Source: an uncultured Bacilli bacterium
GTDB lineage: Bacteria > Bacillota_I > Bacilli_A > RF39 > UBA660
Reading direction: 5' to 3'
Length of the DNA: 64,000 bases
NCBI GenBank assembly: GCA_934122215.1
Contig: CAKOWF010000001.1
Span: 6,995-70,994, forward strand
Both the position numbers and the translations under genes were made by a program. The notes beneath the pieces are model-generated. The model had not been told where the DNA came from, did no database searches, and was given only the letters and a program-made list of their open reading frames with translations. Of the stretch, positions 51,899 through 62,044 are shown piece by piece; positions within the stretch are counted from its first letter, which is position 1; each line of letters opens with the position of its first letter.

Positions 51899-53542
51899 TT
51901 ATTTATTTTTTAAGATATTAATTCTTCTCTCAATTTCTTCTTTTCCTAAAAGTTTTAATATTTCATATAAATCAGGAGTCATAGTAAGTGAAGTTACTGC
52001 ATAACGAATCAATTCACAAATATCTCCTACATGTCCTTTATAATTATCAGGATTTTCTTTATATTCTTTTACTTCTTTAGCATAACCATGATTTTCTGCT
52101 AATGCCTTAATATTATTATACCATTCTTCTTTAGTATTATTAATATCATAATAACTATTAAAATATTCTTCTACTAATTTGATTTCATCTAATGTTAATT
52201 TTCTATCATAAGTTGATCCATCAAATAAATTAGGATACATATACCATATAGCATTTTTAATATCACTATACATTGAAAAATCTTTTCTTGGTTTCTTCTG
52301 ATATCTTTCAATACTTAATATATTAATTGTATATTCTTTATTTTCACTTAATAATTTATATAAATCATAATCAAATTCTTTAGAATATTCTAATGCTCCA
52401 TTATATACATCTTCAGCTTTTAAAGTACTTATATAATTTTTAGAAATATTTAATAACTTATCCATATCAAATAATGATCCACTTTTACTTATTTTATTAA
52501 ATTCAAATTTAAAATCATCTAATGATTTATCTTTGTTACAATTATACCAATCTTCAAAATTAGTATTAGCTATAGTCATTAAATACAATTTAACAGCTTC
52601 TACTGGAATACCTTTTGAAAAATAGAAACTAACTGCTGCTTCTGGATCTTTTCTTTTAGATAGTTTTCTCTTTTTACCATCTTCTTCTTTCATTAAAGGC
52701 GATAAATGTGCATATTTTGGAGCTTTAAAACCTAAAGTTTTAAATAAATCAATATGTACTGGTAAACTACTTACCCATTCATCTCCCCTAATAACATGAG
52801 TTGTGTGCATCAAATGGTCATCAACAGCATGAGCAAAATGATAAGTTGGAAGTCCATCACTTTTAATTATAATTACATCTATATCATTTTCTGGAAATTC
52901 TATATCACCTTTTACTAAATCTTTCACTTTAATTTTTCTATCAAAATTTCCACTTGATTTTAATCTAATTATATATGGTTCATTATTTTTTACTTTTTCT
53001 ATTACATCTTCTCTATTTAACTTACGACATTTAGCTGATAATCCATAGTAACCAATTCTTCTTTTTGTTTCTTCTTGTTTTGTTCTTATTTCATTTAACT
53101 CTTCTTCACTACAGAAACATGGATATGCTTTATCTTCTTCTATTAGTTTTCTAGCATATGCTTGATATATATCTTTTCTTTTAGATTGAATATAAGGCCC
53201 ATATTCTCCTATTTCCTCATTTCTTGAAATAGCACCTTCATCAAATGAAATATCAAAATTTTTTAAATCTGAAACTATTCCTTCTATTCCATTTTCAACT
53301 TCTCTTTTTTGATCTGTATCTTCTATTCTAAGATAAAATACACCATTAGTATCATGTGCTGCTTTTCTAGCTATAAAAGCTGCTAGTAAAGAACCCATAT
53401 GTACAAAACCAGTTGGAGATGGCGCAAAACGTGTTACAACACATTTTTCATCTAAATTTCTTGGTTTGTATAGATTTTCGTAATATTCTACATCATGCTC
53501 TACATTTGGTAATAACATTTCTGCATATTCTTTATTTGTCAT
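51899..53542 (-). CDS. gltX: glutamate--tRNA ligase (GluRS) with ~35-aa N-terminal extension
   Basis: ORF-track start (53572) is a TTG overlapping tRNA-Gln. Likely start ATG at 53542 (MTNKEY...). HIGH-type PSPTGFVHMGS, Zn motif CFCSEE...C..C, KMSKS-type KLSKR. Confidence 0.8.
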   Translation of the reverse strand: MTNKEYAEMLLPNVEHDVEYYENLYKPRNLDEKCVVTRFAPSPTGFVHMGSLLAAFIARKAAHDTNGVFYLRIEDTDQKREVENGIEGIVSDLKNFDISFDEGAISRNEEIGEYGPYIQSKRKDIYQAYARKLIEEDKAYPCFCSEEELNEIRTKQEETKRRIGYYGLSAKCRKLNREDVIEKVKNNEPYIIRLKSSGNFDRKIKVKDLVKGDIEFPENDIDVIIIKSDGLPTYHFAHAVDDHLMHTTHVIRGDEWVSSLPVHIDLFKTLGFKAPKYAHLSPLMKEEDGKKRKLSKRKDPEAAVSFYFSKGIPVEAVKLYLMTIANTNFEDWYNCNKDKSLDDFKFEFNKISKSGSLFDMDKLLNISKNYISTLKAEDVYNGALEYSKEFDYDLYKLLSENKEYTINILSIERYQKKPRKDFSMYSDIKNAIWYMYPNLFDGSTYDRKLTLDEIKLVEEYFNSYYDINNTKEEWYNNIKALAENHGYAKEVKEYKENPDNYKGHVGDICELIRYAVTSLTMTPDLYEILKLLGKEEIERRINILKNK

Positions 53543-53561
53543 ATAATCACTCTTCCATATT

Positions 53562-53636
53562 TGGCTGCCCAAGTAGGATTCGAACCTACGAATGTCGGAG
53601 TCAGAGTCCGATGCCTTACCGCTTGGCTATTGGGCA
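53562..53636 (-). tRNA. tRNA-Gln (anticodon CUG)
   Basis: Hand-folded: U1:A72 acceptor UGCCCAA/UUGGGCA, anticodon stem UCGGA/UCCGA, loop CUCUGAC, T-loop UUCGAAU, discriminator G, encoded CCA. Confidence 0.8.
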
Positions 53637-53695
53637 ATGCATATATATTATACTATGAACTAAAGTAAATTGGAAGTAATAAAAAAGAAAAAGTA

Positions 53696-54093
53696 TTACT
53701 TTCTCTTTATTTTTTGAATTGGTTTTTCTACTTTAATAGAAATATTTTCTTGTATAAAATTATTTATTAATGCAACTATTTCTTCCCTTGTCATTTCAGG
53801 ATTTTCTTGCATTATTTTTTTAGTAAGAGTTTTGATTACTTCAAATTTTTTATTACATTCAAATCTATCATCTACATCATAATGTAATAAATATTTTTCT
53901 GCATTTATTATATATCCTGTTTTTGCATTTTCCTTTTCACACAATATACAACGATATTTATCTTGTCCTAAATTTACATTTAAATGATTACAATTTTTTT
54001 CTAAAGCATCTATTTTTTTATTAGTTGCAATTAATTCAAATTGTAATTGCTTTTTTCTTTTATTTAATTCTTCTATACATTTTATTTTTTCAA
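53696..54093 (-). CDS. hypothetical Cys/His-containing small protein
   Basis: Likely start ATG 54093 (MNDIEKIK) after AGGAGG. ORF-track start 54154 lies inside rpe. C..H...CxxC spacing suggests a zinc ribbon. Confidence 0.4.
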
Positions 54094-54131
54094 TATCATT
54101 CATTTTTTTACCTCCTGATAAATTAATTATA

Positions 54132-54758
54132 CTATTTTTTAATAATATGGTCAATTAATTTATTAATCTGTAGTTGAAAGTCATTAGATGAAGTTATAAA
54201 ACTACCTACAACAGCTATATCAGTATCAATGTTCTTTATATTACTATCTTTTATTCCACCATCTACTTCTATTAAGAAATTATATTTTTTTTGAAGTAAT
54301 CTAGCTTGTTTTAGTTTATTTGAAACATCTATATATGATTGACCTCCTAATCCTGGTTCTACACTCATAATTAATAATATATCAATCTTATCTAAATATT
54401 TTTCTATTTCATTGATATTTGTTTTAGGATTAACAGCTAAACCAACTTTGATATTTTTTTCTTTTATTAAATTAATTGATTCTAATAAATTGTTTTTTAT
54501 TTCATAGTGAATTGTTATATTATTTGGATTTAACTTACTATATTTATTTATATAACTTATAGTATCTTCTACCATTAGATGAACATCTAATGGTTTTATT
54601 ATTTTATTGTTATTAATAAATTCAAACATATCACTTTGATTTTTAACAAATTTACCATCCATAATATCTATATGAATATAATTAGTTGTTGTATTATTTA
54701 ATTTTTCTAGTAATTCTTTTTCTTTTTTCATGTTTAAAATAGATGTTGCTAATTCCAT
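54132..54758 (-). CDS. rpe: ribulose-phosphate 3-epimerase
   Basis: 208 aa; HIDIMDGKFV, HLMVE, VDGGI motifs. Downstream of rsgA as in B. subtilis. Confidence 0.8.
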   Translation of the reverse strand: MELATSILNMKKEKELLEKLNNTTTNYIHIDIMDGKFVKNQSDMFEFINNNKIIKPLDVHLMVEDTISYINKYSKLNPNNITIHYEIKNNLLESINLIKEKNIKVGLAVNPKTNINEIEKYLDKIDILLIMSVEPGLGGQSYIDVSNKLKQARLLQKKYNFLIEVDGGIKDSNIKNIDTDIAVVGSFITSSNDFQLQINKLIDHIIKK

Positions 54759-54762
54759 ATAA

Positions 54763-55587
54763 TTACCTTTCTATAAAATGAATATAATTTTCGTAACGAC
54801 TTTTTAAAATCTCATTATTTTTTACTGCTTCTTTAACAGCACATTCATCTTCTTTATTATGCATACAATCTCTATACTTACAATGTTCTTTATAATTTTC
54901 AAATTCAATAAAATTATCTCTTATATCCGATTCTTTCATATCATAAAAATTTAAGCTAGAAAATCCAGGAGTATCTGCTACTAGACCTCCATATAAAGGA
55001 ATTAATTCAACATGTCTAGTAGTATGTTTTCCTCTGCCTAATGCATATGATATTTGATTTGTCTTTATATTTAAAGAGTTGTCTATATTATTCATTAATG
55101 TTGATTTACCGGCACCACTTTGACCAGTAAAAACAGTTATTTTATCTTTAAATATTTTCTTTATATTAGTTAAATCAGTATTTATAAATACTTGATAGCC
55201 AATTTTTTTGTAATAATTAATTATTACATTTATCTCATCATTTGTTTTTAATAAATCTAATTTAGTAAAACATATAATAGGCTTTATGTTATGAAATTCT
55301 ATAATAGATATTAATTTATCTAATAAATTTAAATCTAAATTAGGATATGCAACACTTGTTACTATGACCGCTTGATCTATATTAGAAACTGGCGGTCTAA
55401 GTAATTCATTTTTTCTGGGATAAATATTTAAAATATAATTATTTTTTTCATCGAAATCAACCTCATCACCTACTAATGGTGTCAGTTTTAAATTTCGAAA
55501 TTTCCCTCTACTTTTACAAACATATATATTATTATTTGATAATACTGTATAATCATTACTAATATTTTTTATTATTTTTCCTTGCAT
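54763..55587 (-). CDS. rsgA: ribosome small-subunit-dependent GTPase A
   Basis: 274 aa; circularly permuted GTPase (GQSGAGKSTLMN), C-terminal zinc site CKYRDCMH...C. Confidence 0.8.
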   Translation of the reverse strand: MQGKIIKNISNDYTVLSNNNIYVCKSRGKFRNLKLTPLVGDEVDFDEKNNYILNIYPRKNELLRPPVSNIDQAVIVTSVAYPNLDLNLLDKLISIIEFHNIKPIICFTKLDLLKTNDEINVIINYYKKIGYQVFINTDLTNIKKIFKDKITVFTGQSGAGKSTLMNNIDNSLNIKTNQISYALGRGKHTTRHVELIPLYGGLVADTPGFSSLNFYDMKESDIRDNFIEFENYKEHCKYRDCMHNKEDECAVKEAVKNNEILKSRYENYIHFIER

Positions 55588-57401
55588 TATTCTTTGTCCG
55601 TCTTTGTACTTTCTTTATTATCATTATTGTTTGTGTTTGTTTTATCATCTACTTTTGTATCAGTCTTGTTATCATCTTTTGTATCGGTTTTATCATCTAC
55701 TTTTGTATCGGTTTTATCATCTTTAGGAGTTTCTATAACAGTTGGTTTTTTAGCTACTTCTATTCTAAGAGTTACACCACTCATTACTTTAGTACCTTCT
55801 GCTCTACTTTGTGAAAGAATAGTTCCTTCTGTTTTATCAGATGTTTCTTTATATGTAATATTTAAAGTTATTCCATTATCTTCACAGAATTTTTTTACAC
55901 CATCTATTGAGTAATCTTCTGATACAAAATCTGGATAAGTAGTTATAATTTTTATAACCTTAAATATAATTGTATTTCCTTTTTTTAAAATAGTTCCTGC
56001 TTCTTTATCTTGTGAGACAATTATTCCATCTTTTAAATTATCTTTTTCAGGATGTTCTTCATAATTTATAATAACATTTATACCAAGTGCTTCTAATTCT
56101 GGCTTTATTTCTTCAATATCTCTATCTTTATAATCTTCTATTTCTTTTCCATCTATTCCACTTGATACTATTAATGTTACCAAAGTACCCTTTTTTACAC
56201 TTCTTCCTTCGACAGGATCTGTACTAATTACATTTCCTTCTTCTACTGAATTGTTATATTCATATTTTACTTCAGTAGCTACTTCAAATCCAGAATTTTT
56301 TAAAGTACTTTCAGCATTTACTACTGTCATACCAGATACATTTGGAACTACTATATCAGGATCTTTTTTATATTTAGGTAAAACTAATAAAAATACACAT
56401 GTTATAATAATACCAATTAGTAATACTACAGCTGATATAATTAAAGCTAATAATCCTTTTTTATTTTCTTTTTTTTCTACTTCTTGAACTTTTGATTCAT
56501 TTTTCTTTTCTCTAGTTATCTTTTTTTCTTCTTCGAATTCAGGATATGGATATACATATTTTGGTTCTGATATTCTAGTACTATCTAAACATGTAGTTAA
56601 ATCTTCATACATTTGTCTAGCACTCTCATATCTATTTTTAGGATTTTTAGCGCATGCTTTTAATATGATATTTTCTATACTTTGAGGCATATTTGGATTT
56701 TGTTCTACAATTGAAGGTATTGGTTCTTTCATTTGTTTTATAGCTATTTCTACTGCTGAATCTCCTTTAAATGGTAGATTACCAGTAAGTAATTCATACA
56801 TTAATATACCTAGTGAATATATATCACTTTTAATAGTTGCTCCTGTTCCATTTGCTTGTTCTGGTGGCAAATAATGAACTGATCCCATTACTGAATTTGT
56901 TTGAGTTAATTCATTACTATTTAAAGCCATTGCTATACCAAAGTCAGTTATTTTTACTCTTCCATCATCTAATATTAAAACATTTTGTGGTTTAATATCT
57001 CTATGAATGATATAACTATCATGAGCACATGCTATTGCACTAGTTAATTGTAACATTATGTCAATTACTTCTGATAAAGTTAATGCTCCTCTTCTCTTAA
57101 TTAAATTTTTTAATGTTACACCTTCAACATATTCCATTACAATAAAATATCTTCCATCATCTTCACCAACATCATACATTTCTACAATATTTGGATGACT
57201 TAATGAACTGGCTGATATAGCTTCTCTTTGAAATTTTCTAACAAATTTTTCATCTTCAGCTAAATCTCCTCTTAGTATTTTTACTGCAACATTTCTATCT
57301 AATATAGTGTCATAAGCTAAATAAACATTAGCCATTCCACCTTCTCCAATTGTTCTTATTATCTGATATCTATCATTTATTTTTTGACCTCTAACTATCA
57401 T
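55587..57401 (-). CDS. prkC: Ser/Thr protein kinase with PASTA repeats
   Basis: 604 aa; Hanks kinase (HRDIKPQN, DFG), TM, three PASTA-like repeats, C-terminal (D/K)T-rich tail (DDKTDTKVDDKTDTK...). Confidence 0.9.
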   Translation of the reverse strand: MIVRGQKINDRYQIIRTIGEGGMANVYLAYDTILDRNVAVKILRGDLAEDEKFVRKFQREAISASSLSHPNIVEMYDVGEDDGRYFIVMEYVEGVTLKNLIKRRGALTLSEVIDIMLQLTSAIACAHDSYIIHRDIKPQNVLILDDGRVKITDFGIAMALNSNELTQTNSVMGSVHYLPPEQANGTGATIKSDIYSLGILMYELLTGNLPFKGDSAVEIAIKQMKEPIPSIVEQNPNMPQSIENIILKACAKNPKNRYESARQMYEDLTTCLDSTRISEPKYVYPYPEFEEEKKITREKKNESKVQEVEKKENKKGLLALIISAVVLLIGIIITCVFLLVLPKYKKDPDIVVPNVSGMTVVNAESTLKNSGFEVATEVKYEYNNSVEEGNVISTDPVEGRSVKKGTLVTLIVSSGIDGKEIEDYKDRDIEEIKPELEALGINVIINYEEHPEKDNLKDGIIVSQDKEAGTILKKGNTIIFKVIKIITTYPDFVSEDYSIDGVKKFCEDNGITLNITYKETSDKTEGTILSQSRAEGTKVMSGVTLRIEVAKKPTVIETPKDDKTDTKVDDKTDTKDDNKTDTKVDDKTNTNNNDNKESTKTDKE

Positions 57402-58141
57402 TTTCCCACTACACCTTTCAATTCTAAATATGCAACTGATATATTGTCATTACCACCGCGATTATTACATTTAAATATTATTTTTTTTACTTTATCTTCT
57501 ACACTATTTTTATCATTTATTACTTTTTCAATTATTTCTGGTTCTAGCATATTAGTTACACCATCACTGCATAAAAATATTCCATCTACATCTCTTTCTA
57601 CATCAAATATATCCATTTCTACATTTGTTATAGCTCCTAGTGCTTTCATTAAAACATTTTTCTTTGGATGATCTTTTGCTTCTTCTTCTGTTAATTCTCC
57701 AGATTTTACTAATAAATTTACTAGTGTATGATCTGTTGTAATTTTATGTAATTTCTTATTTTTAACAACAAATCCACTTGAATCACCAATATTACCTATA
57801 AGTAAAAAATTATTTGTTAATATAGCTGTTACTAGAGTTGTACCCATTCCTGTGCTTTCTGGATGTTCATCAGTATATTTATATATTAGGACATTTATTT
57901 CACTTACTGTTTCTTGTAACCAATTTATAGCATCTTCTTTATTACCAACTGAAGCTACTTCTTTAAATCTTTTCCCCAAATGAGTTATAGCTATTGATGA
58001 AGCAACCTCTCCAGCATTGTGTCCTCCCATTCCATCTGCTACAGCAAGTAGTATTTCTTTATTATAATTTTCTACAATTACAACACTATCTTCATTATGA
58101 TCTCTTACTTTTCCAACATCGGTTAAATAATAATAATCCAT
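57398..58141 (-). CDS. prpC: PP2C-family Ser/Thr phosphatase
   Basis: 247 aa; DGMGGH motif, adjacent to prkC. Confidence 0.9.
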   Translation of the reverse strand: MDYYYLTDVGKVRDHNEDSVVIVENYNKEILLAVADGMGGHNAGEVASSIAITHLGKRFKEVASVGNKEDAINWLQETVSEINVLIYKYTDEHPESTGMGTTLVTAILTNNFLLIGNIGDSSGFVVKNKKLHKITTDHTLVNLLVKSGELTEEEAKDHPKKNVLMKALGAITNVEMDIFDVERDVDGIFLCSDGVTNMLEPEIIEKVINDKNSVEDKVKKIIFKCNNRGGNDNISVAYLELKGVVGK

Positions 58142-59166
58142 TATAATCCTCCTTCATACTTACTTCTAAGTTGACCACAAGCAGCATCTACAGTACCACC
58201 AAATTCTCTTCTTATTGTTACACTTATATTATTTTTTTTAAGTATATCATAAAATTTCATTATATTTTCTTCACTACTTCTTTTAAATTCTATATGACTT
58301 GTTTCATTATATGGAATTAAGTTAACATAAGCATTCATGCCTTTTATTAATTTTACTAATTCTAATGCACATTCTTCTGTATCATTTATACCACTTAGTA
58401 ATATATATTCAAAAGTTAATCTTCTATTTGTTTTTTTTATATATTCTTTTAAAGTTGGTATTAACACTTCAAGTGGATATGCTTTATTTATAGGCATTAA
58501 TTTATTTCTTATTTCATTATTTGGTGCATGTAATGATATTGCTAAATTAATTTGTTTTCCAAAATTAGTAAATTCTTTTATTTTAGGTACTACACCACAA
58601 GTTGATACAGTAATATGTCTTGCTCCTATATCCATTCCTTTTCCTGAATTTATTATATCTATAAAATTCATTACATTTTGATAATTATCGAATGGTTCAC
58701 CAATTCCCATTAATACCACATGAGTTATTTTTATATTACATATCTTTTCTATATTTAATAGTTGTAACACCATTTCATATGTTTCTAAGTTTCTAACCTT
58801 TTTTAACCTTCCACTTTCACAAAAAGCACAACTCATATTACAACCTACTTGACTAGATACACATACACTATTACCATAATCATGTTTCATAAGGACTGCT
58901 TCAACATATCTTTTATCATTTAATTCAAATAAAAATTTAATTACATCTTTTCCTTCTTTTTTATCTACTAATTTTATATTATTAAAATTAAAATCTTTAT
59001 TTAAGATTTCTATTTGTTCTTTTTTTATATTAGTCATTTCTTCAAATGATTGTACTCTCTTTTTATATAGCCATTCAAAAACTTGGATAGCTTTAAACTT
59101 TTGGTATCCTAAATTTACAAAGTATTCTTCTAGATCATTTAATGTTATTCCATAAATATTTTTCAT
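58141..59166 (-). CDS. rlmN: 23S rRNA/tRNA (adenine-C2)-methyltransferase, radical SAM
   Basis: 341 aa; CNMSCAFC radical-SAM cluster, conserved position upstream of prpC. Confidence 0.9.
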   Translation of the reverse strand: MKNIYGITLNDLEEYFVNLGYQKFKAIQVFEWLYKKRVQSFEEMTNIKKEQIEILNKDFNFNNIKLVDKKEGKDVIKFLFELNDKRYVEAVLMKHDYGNSVCVSSQVGCNMSCAFCESGRLKKVRNLETYEMVLQLLNIEKICNIKITHVVLMGIGEPFDNYQNVMNFIDIINSGKGMDIGARHITVSTCGVVPKIKEFTNFGKQINLAISLHAPNNEIRNKLMPINKAYPLEVLIPTLKEYIKKTNRRLTFEYILLSGINDTEECALELVKLIKGMNAYVNLIPYNETSHIEFKRSSEENIMKFYDILKKNNISVTIRREFGGTVDAACGQLRSKYEGGL

Positions 59167-59250
59167 ACTTTCACCTATTTAATTATATCAAAAAAAATGA
59201 TATACTTAAATATCATTTTAACTAAATATAATAAATTTATTGCTTTTTTA

Positions 59251-59793
59251 TTATATAATCATCAATTCTTTTTCTTTAGTAGAAACAACATCTTCTACTT
59301 TTTTATTGAATTTTTGAATTAATTCTTGTACTTCATCTTGTCCAGATTTTATTTCATCTTCAGTAATTTCTAATTTTTTAATATCATTATTAGCATCTTG
59401 TCTTATATTTCTTAAAGCAATTTTTGCTTCTTCGCCAATAGCTTTTGCTTGTTTTACATATTCTCTTCTTGTTTCTTCTGTCATAGCTGGAATATTTAGT
59501 ATAACAACTTCTCCATTATTATTTGGAGTTATACCTATATTTGCTGCCAAAATAGCTTTTTCTATTAAACCAATGCTTGATCTATCAAATGGTTTTACTT
59601 GTAACATTCTAGCTTCTGGTACTGATATAGTCGCTAATTGTTTTAAAGGTGTATCAACTCCATAATAAGATACCATTACACCATCTAACATTGCAGGATT
59701 TGCTCTACCTGCTCTAATATTTAATAATCTTTTTTCTAAATTATCAATTGCACTTTCCATACGAGTTTCTGTTTCTAATAAAATTTCATCCAT
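59251..59793 (-). CDS. frr: ribosome recycling factor
   Basis: 180 aa; full-length RRF. Confidence 0.9.
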   Translation of the reverse strand: MDEILLETETRMESAIDNLEKRLLNIRAGRANPAMLDGVMVSYYGVDTPLKQLATISVPEARMLQVKPFDRSSIGLIEKAILAANIGITPNNNGEVVILNIPAMTEETRREYVKQAKAIGEEAKIALRNIRQDANNDIKKLEITEDEIKSGQDEVQELIQKFNKKVEDVVSTKEKELMII

Positions 59794-59885
59794 ATATATT
59801 TTCCTTTCAATTTAGTAATCTAATTGTATCATATTTTACATATAATTTTCAACAATAATAAGAAAATAAGTACTAAGTACCTATT

Positions 59886-60956
59886 TTATGATATTATTGT
59901 CTTTTCAATTGTTATTACTGGACGAATACCAATACTAACTTTATTTTTTTCCATACAACCTAATGACCCATTCGAATTAATAATCCATACATAAGTTGAT
60001 CCTGGCACAGATGAACTTGTCCAATATCCAAAAATATTTGACGTATATATATCATATGTATATCTATTGTTATCCTCTACATTACATCCATATGATGAAC
60101 AACTATTTGTATAATCAAATAACCATGCATATTTGCTTGCTCCTTGACTTGTAGCTGTTTGTGTTTGACTATTACTATCAAGATAGAATGATTCCCCTAA
60201 AGTACTACCTGTAAATTTATCATTATTAGTTATTTTAGCTACTTCTTCTGCTGAAATTATTCTAGGATTTACTACCCATCCTGATGTTGTTTTTAAATCT
60301 TGTATTGCTGAAGATAAATTACTATCTTCATAAGATAAATTTTCACCATAATTATTCCAAGTAATCATACTAGATGTATTATGGTCTAATATCATATTAA
60401 CTGTTGATGAATCTTCATTATCATTAAATGTATACCATTTCATACATCCTGTTTTTGTTCCAGTTGTACTTACTGATTCTGATTCACTACATATGCTATT
60501 TGTTTGTGGATTATAATAGATTGCTGTTCCATTTGAATATACTTTATATGTTGTTTTTGGATGTTCTCCTATTTCACCATTTTTTATTGTTTCTCCATTA
60601 CAATTTATTACATATTCTCCTATTTTTAATGAACATGCTATTACTTGTCCTTTTTCTATTTTTACCCAACTATCTTCTGTTGGTTGTTCTCCTTTTACTT
60701 TAACATCATATGTTGTACTTTTTAATGTACTTACTTCATATATTCCATCTTCTATATTTGTTTTATTTGTATCTAACATATTAGTAGCTATTGTTTTTTC
60801 TACTGCATCCAAATATCCTAGAGCACTTGATTCTGCTCCTCCTTTTTTTGCTTTTTCTATTATTCCTAATATCATTGGTGTTGCGATTAATGCTATGATT
60901 GCTAGTATTACTATTACTGCTAGCAATTCTATTAATGTAAACCCTTTTCTTTTCAT
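59886..60956 (-). CDS. type IV pilin-like protein with C-terminal DUF1566/Lcl-C-like domain
   Basis: True start ATG at 60956 after AGGAGAG: MKRKGFTLIELLAVIVILAIIALIATPMI (class III signal). C-terminal ~130 aa has W..P...E...I and YWTSS...VW.I..G....K...IRPV, resembling DUF1566. Confidence 0.75.
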   Translation of the reverse strand: MKRKGFTLIELLAVIVILAIIALIATPMILGIIEKAKKGGAESSALGYLDAVEKTIATNMLDTNKTNIEDGIYEVSTLKSTTYDVKVKGEQPTEDSWVKIEKGQVIACSLKIGEYVINCNGETIKNGEIGEHPKTTYKVYSNGTAIYYNPQTNSICSESESVSTTGTKTGCMKWYTFNDNEDSSTVNMILDHNTSSMITWNNYGENLSYEDSNLSSAIQDLKTTSGWVVNPRIISAEEVAKITNNDKFTGSTLGESFYLDSNSQTQTATSQGASKYAWLFDYTNSCSSYGCNVEDNNRYTYDIYTSNIFGYWTSSSVPGSTYVWIINSNGSLGCMEKNKVSIGIRPVITIEKTIIS

Positions 60957-60999
60957 TTTATCTCTCCTACTCTCATTATATGTTATCAAAAAAAGAAAG

Positions 61000-61045
61000 T
61001 TTATTCAATAAACTCTCTTCATATTTTATATAATTTTACATTAAA
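61000..61045 (-). terminator. rho-independent terminator downstream of tsf
   Basis: Minus-strand GAAGAGAGTTTATT-GA-ATAAACTTTCTT followed by TTTTTTT. Pilin RBS/start follow within ~35 nt. Confidence 0.5.
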
Positions 61046-61056
61046 TATAAATTATA

Positions 61057-61938
61057 TTATCCATTAATTTGTTTTGCTACTTCTTCAGCAAAATTTTCTT
61101 CTTTCTTTTCCATACCTTCGCCAACTTCAAAACGAATCATATTAACAATTGTTCCACCATTATTTTGAACAAATTGTCCTACTGTTTCTTTGTTTTCAGC
61201 TTTAACGAAGATTTGGTTTTCTAAACATACTTCTTCATAGTATTTTTTAACTTTACCAACTAATATAGATTCAATTCTATCTTCTGGTTTACCTTCATTA
61301 ATTAATTGTTCTCTCATGATAGCTTTTTCTTTTTCTAATACATCTGCTGGTACATTTGTTGATTTAACATAAAGTGGTCTCATAGCTGCAGCATGCATTG
61401 CTACATCTTTAGCTACTGCTTCTGAAGCATTGTCAACTAAAGTTAAAACAGCAATTCTACCACCCATATGAATGTATTCACCAAATGATTCTGAATCAGT
61501 TTTTTCTATTTTTGCAAATCTTCTTAAAGATAATTTTTCTCCAATAGTTGCTGTTTTAGAAATTATTAATTCACTTACTGTTTCTTCTGAATCTACTACT
61601 TTTTCATTTAATAATTCTTCAGTAGTTGTAACATTACTATTTAAAATAGTTTTTAAAATAGTTTGTACTAATGATTTAAATTCTTCATTTTTAGCAACAA
61701 AATCTGTTTCAGAATTTACTTCTACTATAGCTGCTTTATTACCATCTATTAAAATTGATGCTAATCCTTCAGCTGCAATTCTGTCTGCTTTTTTAGCAGC
61801 TTTTGAAATTCCTTTTTCTCTTAACCAATCTATTGCTTCATCAATATTACCATTAGTTGCTTCTAGAGCTTTTTTGCAATCTAACATACCAGCTCCACTT
61901 TTTTCTCTTAGTTCTTTTACTAAACTAGCACTAATCAT
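61057..61938 (-). CDS. tsf: elongation factor Ts
   Basis: 293 aa; MISASLVKELREKSGAGMLDCKKAL N-terminus. Confidence 0.95.
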   Translation of the reverse strand: MISASLVKELREKSGAGMLDCKKALEATNGNIDEAIDWLREKGISKAAKKADRIAAEGLASILIDGNKAAIVEVNSETDFVAKNEEFKSLVQTILKTILNSNVTTTEELLNEKVVDSEETVSELIISKTATIGEKLSLRRFAKIEKTDSESFGEYIHMGGRIAVLTLVDNASEAVAKDVAMHAAAMRPLYVKSTNVPADVLEKEKAIMREQLINEGKPEDRIESILVGKVKKYYEEVCLENQIFVKAENKETVGQFVQNNGGTIVNMIRFEVGEGMEKKEENFAEEVAKQING

Positions 61939-62044
61939 GTTATGTCCTCCTTTTATATTAACATAATATATGTAATTAACTTAAATAGGCTTTTCAACAA
62001 AATTGATGGAAAGAATATGAATATTCATATTCTTTCTTTATATA

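Noticed and set aside
53543-53572. ORF-track TTG start of gltX overlapping the 3' end of tRNA-Gln
   Set aside because: The first 10 codons would be transcribed from tRNA sequence. An in-frame ATG at 53542 with a purine-rich RBS gives a GluRS N-terminus that does not overlap the tRNA.
54094-54154. ORF-track start of the 152-aa ORF inside the rpe coding region
   Set aside because: Internal ATG at 54093 has a strong AGGAGG RBS and removes the 23-nt overlap with rpe.
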